The notes below the pieces were generated by a model. It made no database searches and was not told the DNA's origin. It worked only from the letters and a program-made list of their open reading frames with translations. This document shows positions 13,015 through 25,901 of a stretch of 64,000 nucleotides of DNA, one piece after another. This DNA comes from Macrostomum lignano (lineage: Eukaryota), in contig NIVC01000205.1 in NCBI GenBank assembly GCA_002269645.1, positions 7,276 through 71,275 of the forward strand, given 5' to 3'. Position numbers and translations under genes: made by a program. Each line of letters starts with the position of its first letter. Within the stretch, counting starts at the first letter, position 1.

Positions 13015-13369
13015 TGCCTATTGACTATTGCTTAGCGAACGACTATTTGATGCACTTTTGATAGGGTTCAGTGGGACTAACTAGGCACGTTGAGAAGGCA
13101 GAGTCCATTCTCTCCGGGATCGCGGTTTTCTAGATTTCTGGTCCTCTGGACGATGTGGTAGGGCTAGGGCTGGCCAATCAGCTGGGGTGACGTGCTGCAC
13201 CCAATACCCCGCACTGCCGATCTGTGGAACTGCCGCGAGATGCGCTACTGGCATAGCAAAGTAGTGTGGCTAGAAAATATTTGACTATTCTAATGGAGAC
13301 AAAACTTCCCGGCTAAAAGTTAACTATGAATACTTCTTCTCATGATCTTAGAGCACCTTGTCTCTTACC

Positions 13370-14150
13370 CCTCTGGACACCTATCTGGACATTCATCTAA
13401 ATACCCATCTAGACGCTCATCTAGACACTCATCTAGAAACCCATCTAGACACTCATCTAAAAACCCATCTAGACACCTTCTAGACACCCATCAAGACGCT
13501 ATCTAGACACCCATTTAGACAACTATCTAGATACGCATCTAAACATCTATATATCTATTTAGATACCCATCTAGACACCCTAGACACCCATCTAGATACC
13601 AATCAAGACATCTATAAATCTAATCCAGACACCAATCTAGGCACTAATCCAGACACCCATCTAGACACCCATCTAGACACCCACCAAGACACCCAGACAC
13701 CCATCTAGACACCCACCTAGACACCCATCTAGACACCCACCTAGACACCCATCTAGACACCCAGACACCCCCATCTAGACACTTATCTAGATACCCATCT
13801 AGACACCCAGACACCCCCATCTAGGCACCCAGACACCCATCTAGACACTTATCTAGATACCCATCTAGACACCCAGACACCCATCTAGACACCCATCTAG
13901 ACACCCATCTAGACACCCATCTAGACACCCATCTAGACACCCATCTAGACACCCATCTAGACACCCAGACACCCATCTAGACACCCATCTAGACACCCAT
14001 CTAGACACCCATCTAGACACCCATCTAGACACCCATCTAGACACCCATCTAGACACCCATCTAGACACCCATCTAGACACCCATCTAGACACCCATCTAG
14101 ACACCCATCTAGACACCCATCTAGACACCCATTTAGACAGCTAGCCGTCT
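13370..14150. repeat. 12-bp minisatellite TCTAGACACCCA, degenerate on the left and homogeneous on the right
   Basis: Read directly. Confidence 0.95.
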
Positions 14151-14236
14151 AGAAACATTCAATTATTCTATAGGATTCAAGCAAATCGAGTAAAATTAAT
14201 GCATTTTCAGTTATATACAAAGTGCTACGAGCTAAC

Positions 14237-14736
14237 ATAAGAATAGATTGAAGACGAATCTTGATGACCTGGACAGAAAAAAAGTCGCCTAAAAGTCACG
14301 AAGGCCAACAGAAATGCTGATGGAAATTCTCTGTGGACTTCATAAGAATCTCTACAATTCTTAGCGTTTGGTTTCGCAAAATGTACACGCAAATTCGTTT
14401 TGTTCATAGCCGACTTTATTAAGATTTCTATACACACCCAGAAAGAAAACAGCTGTTATACTGTTGGCAAAACCAGTGCCCCTACCGTACCTAGACAGTC
14501 TGTCCGCAATGTCTTCTTGTCTTAACCTCTGCGTTTAAATGCTCCTACCAAAGGCTGTCACTGATGGTTGGGTATGCATTTTCCAGACTCGATTCTGTGA
14601 TTGATGTTTGGCAACACACATTTAGTTGCGTATGGGTTATTACCCGTTCATACTGACCGCCGGTGATTGATTAGTCATAGGTACCTTTAGCAAGCAGAGG
14701 GTATCGGGGTCCTGAAGTCCTACTGAGTCATACATT
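14237..14736 (-). CDS. Three small phase-compatible candidate exons (14685-14736, 14491-14528, 14237-14268): MYDSVGLQDPDTLCLLK-RLRQEDIADRLSR-SSRFVFNLFL
   Basis: Each has an AG acceptor and a GT donor, and the phases chain without stops. The donors are only moderately consensus. Confidence 0.4.
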
Positions 14737-14769
14737 CTGTAGCGAGAATCAAGCGAATTGAGTTCTCCG

Positions 14770-17305
14770 CATCCTGAGTCAAGCGCTACTGATCCTGAGT
14801 CAAGCGCTACTGATCCTGAGTCAAGCACCACTGATCCTGAGTCAAGCACCACTGATCCTGAGTCAAGCACTACTGATCCTGAGTCAAGCGCTACTGATCC
14901 TGAGTCAAGCGCTACTGATCCTGAGTCAAGCACCACTGATCCTGAGTCAAGCACCACTGATCCTGAGTCAAGCACCACTGATCCTGAGTCAAGCACCACT
15001 GATACTGAATCAAGCACCGCTGATACTGAATCAAGCACCACTGATACTGAATCAAGCACCGCTGATACTGAATCAAGCACCACTGATCCTGAATAAAGCA
15101 CCACTGATACTGAATCAAGCACCACTGATCCTGAATCAAGCACCGCTGATACTGAATCAAGCACCGCTGATCCTGAATCAAGCACCACTGATACTGAATC
15201 AAGCACCACTGATCCTGAATCAAGCACCACTGATACTGAATCAAGCACCGCTGATACTGAATCAAGCACCGCTGATACTGAATCAAGCACCACTGATCCT
15301 GAATCAAGCACCACTGATACTGAATCAAGCACCGCTGATACTGAATCAAGCACCGCTGATACTGAATCAAGCACCACTAATCCTGAATAAAGCACCACTG
15401 ATAGTGAATCAAGCACCACTGATAGTGAATCAAGCACCGCTGATACTGAATCAAGCACCGCTGATACTGAATCAAGCACCACTAATCCTGAATAAAGCAC
15501 CACTGATACTGAATCAAGCACCACTGATAGTGAATCAAGCACCACTGATCCTGAATCAAGCACCGCTGATACTGAATCAAGCACCGCTGATACTGAATCA
15601 AGCACCACTGATACTGAATCAAGCACCACTGATACTGAATCAAGCACCACTGATACTGAATCAAGCACCGCTGATACTGAATCAAGCACCGCTGATACTG
15701 AATCAAGCACCACTGATCCTGAATCAAGCACCACTGATACTGAATCAAGCACCGCTGATACTGAATCAAGCACCACTGATACTGAATCAAGCACCACTGA
15801 TCCTGAATCAAGCACCGCTGATACTGAATCAAGCACCGCTGATCCTGAATCAAGCACCACTGATACTGAATCAAGCACCACTGATCCTGAATCAAGCACC
15901 ACTGATACTGAATCAAGCACCGCTGATACTGAATCAAGCACCGCTGATACTGAATCAAGCACCACTGATCCTGAATCAAGCACCACTGATACTGAATCAA
16001 GCACCGCTGATACTGAATCAAGCACCGCTGATACTGAATCAAGCACCACTAATCCTGAATCAAGCACCACTGATACTGAATCAAGCACCGCTGATACTGA
16101 ATCAAGCACCGCTGATACTGAATCAAGCACCACTGATACTGAATCAAGCACCGCTGATACTGAATCAAGCACCACTGATCCTGAATCAAGCACCACTGAT
16201 ACTGAATCAAGCACCGCTGATACTGAATCAAGCACCGCTGATACTGAATCAAGCACCGCTGATACTGAATCAAGCACCGCTGATACTGAATCAAGCACCG
16301 CTGATACTGAATCAAGCACCGCTGATACTGAATCAAGCACCGCTGATACTGAATCAAGCACCGCTGATACTGAATCAAGCACCACTGATACTGAATCAAG
16401 CACCGCTGATACTGAATCAAGCACCGCTGATACTGAATCAAGCACCGCTGATACTGAATCAAGCACCGCTGATACTGAATCAAGCACCGCTGATACTGAA
16501 TCAAGCACCGCTGATACTGAATCAAGCACCGCTGATACTGAATCAAGCACCGCTGATACTGAATCAAGCACCACTGATCCTGAATAAAGCACCACTGATA
16601 CTGAATCAAGCACCACTGATCCTGAATCAAGCACCGTTGATACTGAATCAAGCACCGCTGATCCTGAATCAAGCACCGCTGATACTGAATCAAGCACCAC
16701 TGATCCTGAATCAAGCACCACTGATACTGAATCAAGCACCGCTGATACTGAATCAAGCACCGCTGATACTGAATCAAGCACCACTGATCCTGAATCAAGC
16801 ACCACTGATACTGAATCAAGCACCGCTGATACTGAATCAAGCACCGCTGATACTGAATCAAGCACCGCTGATACTGAATCAAGCACCGCTGATACTGAAT
16901 CAAGCACCGCTGATACTGAATCAAGCACCGCTGATACTGAATCAAGCACCACTGATACTGAATCAAGCACCGCTGATACTGAATCAAGCACCGCTGATAC
17001 TGAATCAAGCACCGCTGATACTGAATCAAGCACCGCTGATACTGAATCAAGCACCGCTGATACTGAATCAAGCACCGCTGATACTGAATCAAGCACCGCT
17101 GATACTGAATCAAGCACCACTGATCCTGAATCAAGCACCACTGATACTGAATCAAGCACCGCTGATACTGAATCAAGCACCGCTGATACTGAATCAAGCA
17201 CCGCTGATACTGAATCAAGCACCGCTGATACTGAATCAAGCACCGCTGATACTGAATCAAGCACCGCTGATACTGAATCAAGCATCGCTGATCATGAATC
17301 AAGCG
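14770..17305. repeat. 21-bp minisatellite GAT(A/C)CTGAATCAAGCACC(G/A)CT, about 120 copies
   Basis: Read directly; explains the 881, 635 and 423 aa pseudo-ORFs. Confidence 0.98.
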
Positions 17306-17404
17306 ACCTGAGTTATCCAAATCTTTAATCAGCTACCCTGTGTCCTAAAGCAAGCACCCTATACTTTGAGTCAATCGCTATTTTTCCTGAATCAAACGGT
17401 AATT

Positions 17405-17635
17405 TTTCAGAATCAAGCAACCCCGAATTCTGAATCAAGCAACCCGAATCCAGAATGAAGCAACCCCGAATCCAGAATGAAGCAACCCCGAATTCTGAAT
17501 CAAGCAACCCGAATCCAGAATGAAGCAACCCCGAATTCTGAATCAAGCAACCCCGAATCCAGAATGAAGAAACCCCGAATCCAGAATCAAGCAACCCAAA
17601 TCCTGAATAAAGCAGCCCTAACCCTGATTCAATAG
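17405..17635. repeat. 21/22-bp degenerate array GAAT(C/G)AAGCAACCCCGAAT(T/C)C, related to the adjacent 21-bp array
   Basis: Shares GAATCAAGCA; contains indels. Confidence 0.85.
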
Positions 17636-18794
17636 CACTCACGATAATCCTTATATTCAAACTTCTGCTTTTCCTCGTGATCTGCTGTCATGATTGATTT
17701 TCGTAATCACTTGCGATTGCACTCTTCTAATCTCAGAGGGGGAAAAAATTGGTACAAACGGAAGAGCGGTGAAGAGCGATACAAATCAATGTAGTTCCGC
17801 TTAAAACCATATCTGGTAAAAATATGCCACACGGAGGGGTAGGGTCACCAGCTCTCGATTCTGATTGGCTGCCATAATACTGCAGTACCGCACAGACCAG
17901 TGCCGTCCACCCACCCGCAGATATGTAGTGTTCGAATAGGGAATATGTGTAAATATGCTTGTGTGTGTATGTTATACTGTACCCCTCCCAACCCAGTTCG
18001 GACAAATTTTTATTCCCCATTTTCCCCATCTGGGGTAGGAAAGAGCTACTGCATGGGTAGCGGGAAAGTCAGCGAATATGTTGTTGATGCTGGCGGCACT
18101 TTACAGTTGTGCAGACTGACCGAGGTAAAAATATCGAGGAGGGGGGGGCCTTGGCGTGTGCAGTTCTTACGCGCGCGTGCGTGGACTTCTAAAAATATTA
18201 GACATCCGGATTGGATTGCTCAATGGTAAGCGCATCTGAGTCTCGCACAACAACTATTGGTTGGGCCTCATTATTTTGCACGCCTGTTGTTGCTCAGAAG
18301 TCAGCGGAATGGGCGGTCCTCGCAGCACTCCAGCAATTTATTTGTTTCCTATCCAGACGCATCGATTCTGAACTCCATGCGGGGCACGGGATCGCGGGGG
18401 AGGGGGGTTAAAAATTCCACGAAATCGGATACAGAGGGGCGGTTTCTCTCTGATGACTAATTGGCGCTTTGCCTCTTCCTCGCGTTCCGTCTCGATCGCT
18501 TCCCTCCGGATTGAAATGCGGTGTTGCAATTTTGTTATAAATTTGGCCTCGGGATGGGCCGCTGCGTCAGTCACTGCATTGGACTGCAGCTCCGGCTGCG
18601 GTGGCTCGTATTTTTTGGATACGAGCTGGAGTGGGGTTTGTCCACCTGGGCACTTCTGTAAGGGTTGCATGCGTTTTGACAAAATCCAGACAGTCCCGTC
18701 TGGGTTTGCAAATTGCCATCTGCTGCGCGAATGCACCGTCACTACGGATTTCTGATTTTATCCTGCATCCCACTGCAGGACTGGGGGCGGATGG

Positions 18795-19335
<541 letters not shown>

Positions 19336-19772
19336 CTACCAAAGGTCGAATGCACAGGCACAGAAAGGGGATGCAGCGCACAGCTTTGCCATTCCTAGTC
19401 CTATACAACCGATCCAGCAGACAAAAGACAGAGCAATGTTTACATTAACCCTGGCTATAGTAGGCAACCCTAAAGCTACGAAACTATTTACTGGCTAAAA
19501 AGAGATCCAGCAAATCGCTCTTATTTCTGTTTCGTTACAGATTATATAGGTTCCTTAATTTTGATTGACAGCCGGGAGACGGACAGGGTGAATGATTTGG
19601 TAAGAGCGGACTTCCTACCAAAGTCAAGGGACAGTTGATCGGGAGCTATTCAATATTTTCTTTATAAATAAGCGTACTACTGTGCATAATTTACGAACTT
19701 AGTACAGTATCCCAATGAAAACTGTAGTGCAACTGTAGTACTGTAGTGTAGTGATAGAACAGGGCGCCACTG

Positions 19773-20087
19773 CGCCAGCACCAGGGGCGCCAGCACCAGG
19801 GGCGCCAGCACCAGGGGCGCCAGCACCAGGGGCGCCAGCACCAGGGGCGCCAGCACCAGGGGCGCCAGCACCAGGGGCGCCAGCACCAGGGGCGCCAGCA
19901 CCAGGGGCGCCAGCACCAGGGGCGCCAGCACCAGGGGCGCCAGCACCAGGGGCGCCAGCACCAGGGGCGCCAGCACCAGGGGCGCCAGCACCAGGGGCGC
20001 CAGCACCAGGGGCGCCAGCACCAGGGGCGCCAGCACCAGGGGCGCCAGCACCAGGGGCGCCAGCACCAGGGGCGCCAGCACCAGGGG
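19773..20087. repeat. Perfect 15-bp minisatellite CGCCAGCACCAGGGG, 21 copies
   Basis: 315 bp with no variant unit seen. Confidence 0.97.
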
Positions 20088-20878
20088 CCTGAGACATACA
20101 ACGGGCGCGAAATCTATCTAAAAACTGTGCACAGTTTTACCAGCCAATTAGGGCAGGCAGCCTGGTTGGCCCCTTGCCTACGCCCTTTGGAACAATTGTT
20201 AATAAAATTTCATTGAAAAACAAAAACAAGGTCAGCAAACTCAAGTAGCTTCAGACTTGTCTTCGGTTATAAAACCCGTTTTTAAACGCGTTTCTTTTGA
20301 ATAATATAGAAAAATTGTCCAAATTCAAACGACCTTCAAACTGGAATGCTTGCTTGCAGTGGGCAGTAAAGAAGAGAGCAATAGTTTTAAAGCACGTTCT
20401 AACTAAAGCGATATTATTGAAGTCCGGGCATACCCCTAGACCCCCATCCCCACTCATTCCACCGCCGCCACCCACCCAGCCTTTCAAAGCTTTTTACAAA
20501 CCAACCCCACACTGATAGCGCGTCGTGCCGGGCTAGAATACAGACACGAACGTACATTCCTGCCCCGCAAATGTACATTCAATCTTTATAGTCAGTTTAT
20601 GTGTAGGGAGGGAGACGAAATGGAGGAGCCGAATGGGCGTGGGCGTTACGTAAGACTGCAAAGCTTCGCTCGCTCACCCGTGACAGGTTGGATATTTTCT
20701 ATTATAAAATCTACCGACCTCTTCCAAAGCTTTGCCCACTATAGGGCAATACTAGATGTGAGAGCCGTCAGTTCCAGCGCGGGCTTGTCCCGTCCGATAT
20801 TGCTTGCTTTGGCGAATTAAGACTCAGATTATTGTTAACAGTTATCGCAAAATAATATACTGTTTAAGAATTAATCCA

Positions 20879-22150
20879 ATGGATCCACAGAGAGGTGCAT
20901 TATCGACTCAAAATAATAACAATAACTCTCATCTAATTCAACATCCTACAATCGGCAAACGACCGTCTCGTTTCAAGCCGGTTCGATTCCAGGAATACCG
21001 AATGCAATGGGGCGGCTGCTCCAGTTTGTCCTCGATGGCCATCTCTGTTAGCGACGTGTACGTCCTCGATCCTGAATGTCCAGCACTAGCAGCGGCTGCG
21101 GCAGCCACCAAACTGGACGATGTCGACATCGACAATCGAAGTAGAATGGCGAGAAACTCGTCACGCCTTCCCAGCGACGCAGAACTCGCCGCTAAAGTGG
21201 AGGCCGCAGCCGCCAACGCCGCTGCCAACTGCGGCTGTCGTCGGAGATTCTGTGGTGACGCCGCTGCGCACCACCAGCGGCATTGGTCAGAAGACGACTG
21301 CGACCTGCCCGGTGACAACTATGGCGTTGGCGACGTTGTTTGGACGCTGCAACCATCGTCTAGTTTTGTCCACGAGACTCGATGCCCGAGACGCTCGACC
21401 GCTCGGTTCGGTGCACAGAATCAGAAGCGGCAGCTCCAGCGAATGCGTCAGCAGCAGCTTCGCTCAGGCTGGGCGAGTCAGACGAGGCCGCTTCTGCTGC
21501 AGACGGAGTCGCGACCAAGGGCTAATTCGGCGTTTTCAACTGTAGAGACCAGAGCCGGGACATCAAAGCCACCGCCGTCGAGTCCATCTGGGTTGCCGTC
21601 ACCTCATCTTCAGTCGGAGCTGCCTGCCCCGCCGCCAGCCCTGGAACAAACGCCGCCAGCACCGCCGCCGCCACCGCCGCTACCGCCACCGCCACCTTCA
21701 GACTTGCCGGCTTTGAAAACAGTATCGTCAACGACAACTGCCACGACGACGGCTTCGATAACTTCGCCCACTAATTCAGACGAGCCGTCCTCCACGTCTG
21801 GTGTTGGCAGCGCGGAGTCGTGCGCCGAGTCCTGCGTAGCCACTGTTGCTCAAGTGCTGCAGGACGCCCTGTTGGCTGCGGTTCGCGCCGAGACGGAGCC
21901 ACTGGAGCGTCAGCTAGCCGAGAAAGACGCCGAAGTGCGCCATTTGCGTCAGGAGTTGCAGGACCGGGACGCCCGTCTGCGACGACTCAACCGGCTGCTA
22001 ACCTGTCGACGAATGCTAATGCTAGATGATATCCAGCAGCATCAGCAGCTGGAAGGCGGGGGCGGTACGGGGCGGTCAGCAGGCAGCAAAAACGGCCGCG
22101 GTCGCGTGTCGAACAGCGCCTCGACATCTGCGCTTTCGTCTTTGCTATAA
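20879..22150 (+). CDS. Single-exon hypothetical protein (about 423 aa from MDPQRG) with a polyproline segment and a C-terminal coiled coil
   Basis: Long non-repetitive GC-rich ORF in AT-rich flanks; APPPPPPLPPPPP; heptads LERQLAEKDAEVRHLRQELQDRDARLRRLNRLL. Confidence 0.75.
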   Translation: MDPQRGALSTQNNNNNSHLIQHPTIGKRPSRFKPVRFQEYRMQWGGCSSLSSMAISVSDVYVLDPECPALAAAAAATKLDDVDIDNRSRMARNSSRLPSDAELAAKVEAAAANAAANCGCRRRFCGDAAAHHQRHWSEDDCDLPGDNYGVGDVVWTLQPSSSFVHETRCPRRSTARFGAQNQKRQLQRMRQQQLRSGWASQTRPLLLQTESRPRANSAFSTVETRAGTSKPPPSSPSGLPSPHLQSELPAPPPALEQTPPAPPPPPPLPPPPPSDLPALKTVSSTTTATTTASITSPTNSDEPSSTSGVGSAESCAESCVATVAQVLQDALLAAVRAETEPLERQLAEKDAEVRHLRQELQDRDARLRRLNRLLTCRRMLMLDDIQQHQQLEGGGGTGRSAGSKNGRGRVSNSASTSALSSLL

Positions 22151-24770
22151 TATTTCTTTTATTATAATCAAATTTAAGTCGCGGGATTCACGCGGAGTCG
22201 CGACTAAAATGCAAGTTTTAATTGCCCCTGCCTGTCATTATATTCCTCGTCTTCGCCCTATCACTCCATCCTAATTTCTATTTGGAATATGTTATTTTGT
22301 ATTATCAAATGTAATAATACAAGTCCGTTTATAATGATTGCATGAAAAAAAGTAGTTTTTGGATAAATCATCTTGCTTTTTTTTAAAAAGTTTACATGTA
22401 TCGTTCATGAGCAATCGTGGTTTGGAAAGATATTTCCAAGAGGTGCTTCATCATCTTTTGTATGAATTTAAAATATACACCTGCGACTGAAATAAATCGT
22501 TTATAAGTTTACCAGCCAATATGCCAATTCATAGTGGTGTCTGCAACAAAAAAGGATTTCTAAATATTTTTTTAATTTTCACGCACTTTTCAGGTACATG
22601 TACACTTTACATGTACACATACAAAGTATGTACATATACATTTGTATTGTAGTTGGATTCATTTTAAAAACCATTGCATTTTCATTTTTTAATTAACTGG
22701 CTTTACACAGCACCCAATAAATATTTATGCGATGATTCTACCTAGGATACGGCCAGAATTCAAGATCAATACATGTACATGTAAATAACATTACTGTGAT
22801 TTTTAAATGACAGGCCTATAGTACTAAGGTGTAAATGTGCATAACTGGATTCACTTATAAAGTAATAAAGCGATGCTTTTTAATTCGTAGCAAATCATTT
22901 AATGTTTGTATTTTTTGCAATGATTTTTCATAGTAAATTTGGGATGAACATACGAGCGAGTTTCCGAGGCAGTACGTAAACGAAAACACAACGTGTAAAA
23001 CAAACTACGAGCGTATTTTTTTACAAAAAAGTTACTGAAGCTATTTTCTACAACCTAAGCAGAAGCTATTTTATGCTGAATAATAAATAGTACATGCTTG
23101 AATCTATAATAATATAGTATCAATTGTGTATGCTTATGAAACTGATTTTCAACATTCATTTTTTTCGTTTTCTGTGTGCTACTACTACTTGAAGCCGTAA
23201 ACTTGAAGTCGTGAAAAGCTATTTTAGGATTGCAAAATGAACTCAGTTATTAACTGGCCTAAAAACGTTATCCTAAATAAATGTTATATATATATACATT
23301 TTGTAAATTTAAAGATTTTATTCACCAACTGTATCACTAACAAACGTATCCTCATTCTCATACATTTGTTTAACTGGAAGTAATCTAGTTGGAAAAAAAC
23401 GATGTAAGTCCATTTAAAAAGCGAGAAAGTAAAGCTTGCCTTTAATCGTGATCACCAGTAGAAGTGTAGTTACTGTGTTATTTTTACTGTATTAACATAG
23501 TGTATAGTTTTTGCTGTATAGTAGCTAGCATTCATTAATTTTCGAAACTGCTTTATTTTGCTTCAGCTTGTATACTTTATTAATTGAACACAGCCATGGC
23601 GACACTAGAAGATCTGCGAAAAATCAATCCGTGCAGGGTGTCAGCAGAGAACGTGAAATCCATAGTAGAGCGAATCAGTGATTTAAGGGACTATAATTGC
23701 GCCACAAAAATCTTAATTTCTCTCTCGATATTAAAATGCTTTTAAAACTTAAATCGGGTCTGGCAATTTCAGTTCGACCCCGGCTACATGGACGTCGACG
23801 GTGAGGCCGAGATGGTGCTGAACCTCTACGACGCCATCATTGACGCACAAAAGACGGCGCATGAGCGTTTGGAGAAAAAATGAGGGATCTGGAGACGACA
23901 CTTCATGATTTGGAGAAGGAGAATCAGTGCCTGCGGCGGTCGGCAAGTGATCGAGGATTGGACGCTGACAAGGAGCTCGGGCTGCGTAACGAGAATGAGA
24001 GGCTCAGCAAAGAGGTTGAATACTTGCTGAACGAAATCCGAAATAAAGAGATAACCGTTAGCAAGGTTTGTTTTGATGATGCGGTGCGATTTTAAACAAA
24101 ACAATAAAAGGGTTAAAAATGACTTGATATGCCTTCAGTGTGCATGCTTACAAGGCAGTCGACATTTACTCTACATGCATAATGCATTAGGGTATTAATT
24201 GCAGTGACAGTTGGGTATCAGGAAAATCAAGTGAATGTAAAATAAAAACTTGTAGCAGTCTATTGTCGTAGTAGTGTAGACCCACGGACTACTTAAGTAG
24301 ACTATCTTAAGACTATCCTATCTACCCACGGACTATCTACTAGTGGTCCTTGTGTAGACCCTGTCATTTTTGCCACGATCACCCCCTCTAACAGGTAACT
24401 GGAGTGGACAAAGACGAACAACCACACAGCCTGGAGCAGAAACTGTCCGATATGGAGATTGAGAACCGCTGTCTCCAAAATCGCATCTATAGTCTCGTTG
24501 AACGAATCGATCGCACAGAGAACAGCCAGGAAACCAAAAACACTATCAGAGACCTCAATCGAAAAGTTCGCCAACTGAAAGCTGAACTCGACTTGGCCCT
24601 GCAGGGTAAAGCTGAGCTGCAAGAGAAACTTGAAAAAGTCCAAAAAGAGCAGCTGGATGGAGCTGCTGAATACGAAAGCTTCTGCTCTCGTTACCAGGAC
24701 ATGAAGGTAAGATTGAGGATTGGTTAATCCGAGAAAGGTACCGGTTTTCGCTGATTAGTGAAAATAAATT

Positions 24771-25901
24771 CACTATGTCACGTGCCAGCCGACGGCTCCG
24801 TGGCAGCTGGTGCAGATCGACATCAAAGGGCCGCTTCCGCGTACGACTGATGGCAAGGCGTACATCCTGAGCATGTGCGACGCCTTTTCCAAGTGGATGG
24901 AGACGGCAGCCCTGGCGGCGATCGACGCGGTGACGGTGGCGGATGCACTGCTCAAGTCGGTGGTTCTGCGTCACGGCGCTCCTCAGGTGCTGCACAGTGA
25001 CCAGGGACGACAATTCGAGAGCGAGGTGTTCGGCCGGTTCTGCGAGCAGCTGGGCGTTGAAAAGACGCGCACGTCGCCGTTTCATCCGAGTGGCAACGGA
25101 ATCGTCGAGCGAGGCAACCGGACGCTCGGCGATATGCTGGCGACGACGGTGGCGGAGAACCAGCAGGATTGGGACAGCAAGCTTCCGTATGTGACCTGGG
25201 CCTACAACACCGTGCACAGCACCACCGGCCTCAGTCCGTACCAGGTCCTCCACGGCTGGCCACCGAGGCTGGATCTCGACAGCTGGCTGATAAGCGGCGA
25301 CCAGCCGGCAGCCGACGGTGGACATCACGGCTTCCTGCGGCGGACTCAGGAGAAACTGCAGAGCGCTTTCGACACGGTGCACGGCCGACTGCGGAGCGCC
25401 CAGGTCGAGCGCAACCGACTGGCCAACCAGGACTCTCGGTTCGTGCCGTTCGAAGAGGGCCAGCTCGTGATGCTGCGCAACTCCGTCGTCAAGCGCGGCC
25501 AGACGCGGTGCCTGAGCGCCAAGTGGAAGGGGCCGTACCGAGTCCTGAGGCGCCTGGGCGAGGTCAATTACCGCATCCAGGACGAGACCGGCCGCAGGCG
25601 CCGGCTGGTGGTGCACCACGACCGCCTCAAGCGCTTCGTGCAGCGGCGGGCGTCACTGGAGCTTCCGGCCGCAGCAGACCACCAGCCGCCGGCCGCCGAC
25701 TCCGACAACGACGGCACCGCCGCTGAGCCCCCCGGGCAGGCGGCCGATCCTGGCGGCGATGCAGTGACCTTCTGGCCCGAGCTGCAGGCAGACGAGGCAC
25801 CCGAGGAGCAGCCGGCGGCACCGGCCGAGCCGGTCACGGTTCCCCGGCGGTCGGCGAGAGAGCGGCGGCCACCTGACTTGTACATGGCGGGCTTTGCTTG
25901 A
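24771..25901 (+). CDS. Gypsy integrase: rve core plus GPY/F domain, lacking the HHCC finger
   Basis: DDE triad in QIDIKGP, LHSDQGRQF and GNGIVERGNR; KWKGPYRV GPY/F motif; terminal RRSARERRPPD. The frame is open from about 24771 (HYVTCQPTAPW). Confidence 0.92.
   Translation, partial: HYVTCQPTAPWQLVQIDIKGPLPRTTDGKAYILSMCDAFSKWMETAALAAIDAVTVADALLKSVVLRHGAPQVLHSDQGRQFESEVFGRFCEQLGVEKTRTSPFHPSGNGIVERGNRTLGDMLATTVAENQQDWDSKLPYVTWAYNTVHSTTGLSPYQVLHGWPPRLDLDSWLISGDQPAADGGHHGFLRRTQEKLQSAFDTVHGRLRSAQVERNRLANQDSRFVPFEEGQLVMLRNSVVKRGQTRCLSAKWKGPYRVLRRLGEVNYRIQDETGRRRRLVVHHDRLKRFVQRRASLELPAAADHQPPAADSDNDGTAAEPPGQAADPGGDAVTFWPELQADEAPEEQPAAPAEPVTVPRRSARERRPPDLYMAGFA

Noticed and set aside
14640-17320. 881, 635 and 423 aa ORFs (LDSVSAV, LILNQAP, CLIQYQR) as real proteins
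   Set aside because: A stop-poor 21-bp unit opens most frames on both strands, and the related flank carries indels.
19677-20101. GAPGAGAP / PAPGA ORFs as collagen-, elastin- or silk-like genes
   Set aside because: A perfect 15-bp DNA repeat with no synonymous variation, open in all frames.
24262-24362. Short GTGTAGACCC and CCCACGGACTA direct repeats as an element
   Set aside because: Too short; no TIR or TSD; probably a local duplication.
24555-25885. Overlapping antisense and alternative-frame ORFs over the integrase
   Set aside because: Expected shadows of high-GC3 coding sequence.
24810-25901. Domesticated standalone integrase (GIN-like)
   Set aside because: It is followed by a PPT and LTR and lacks its own start; it is better explained as a TE remnant.
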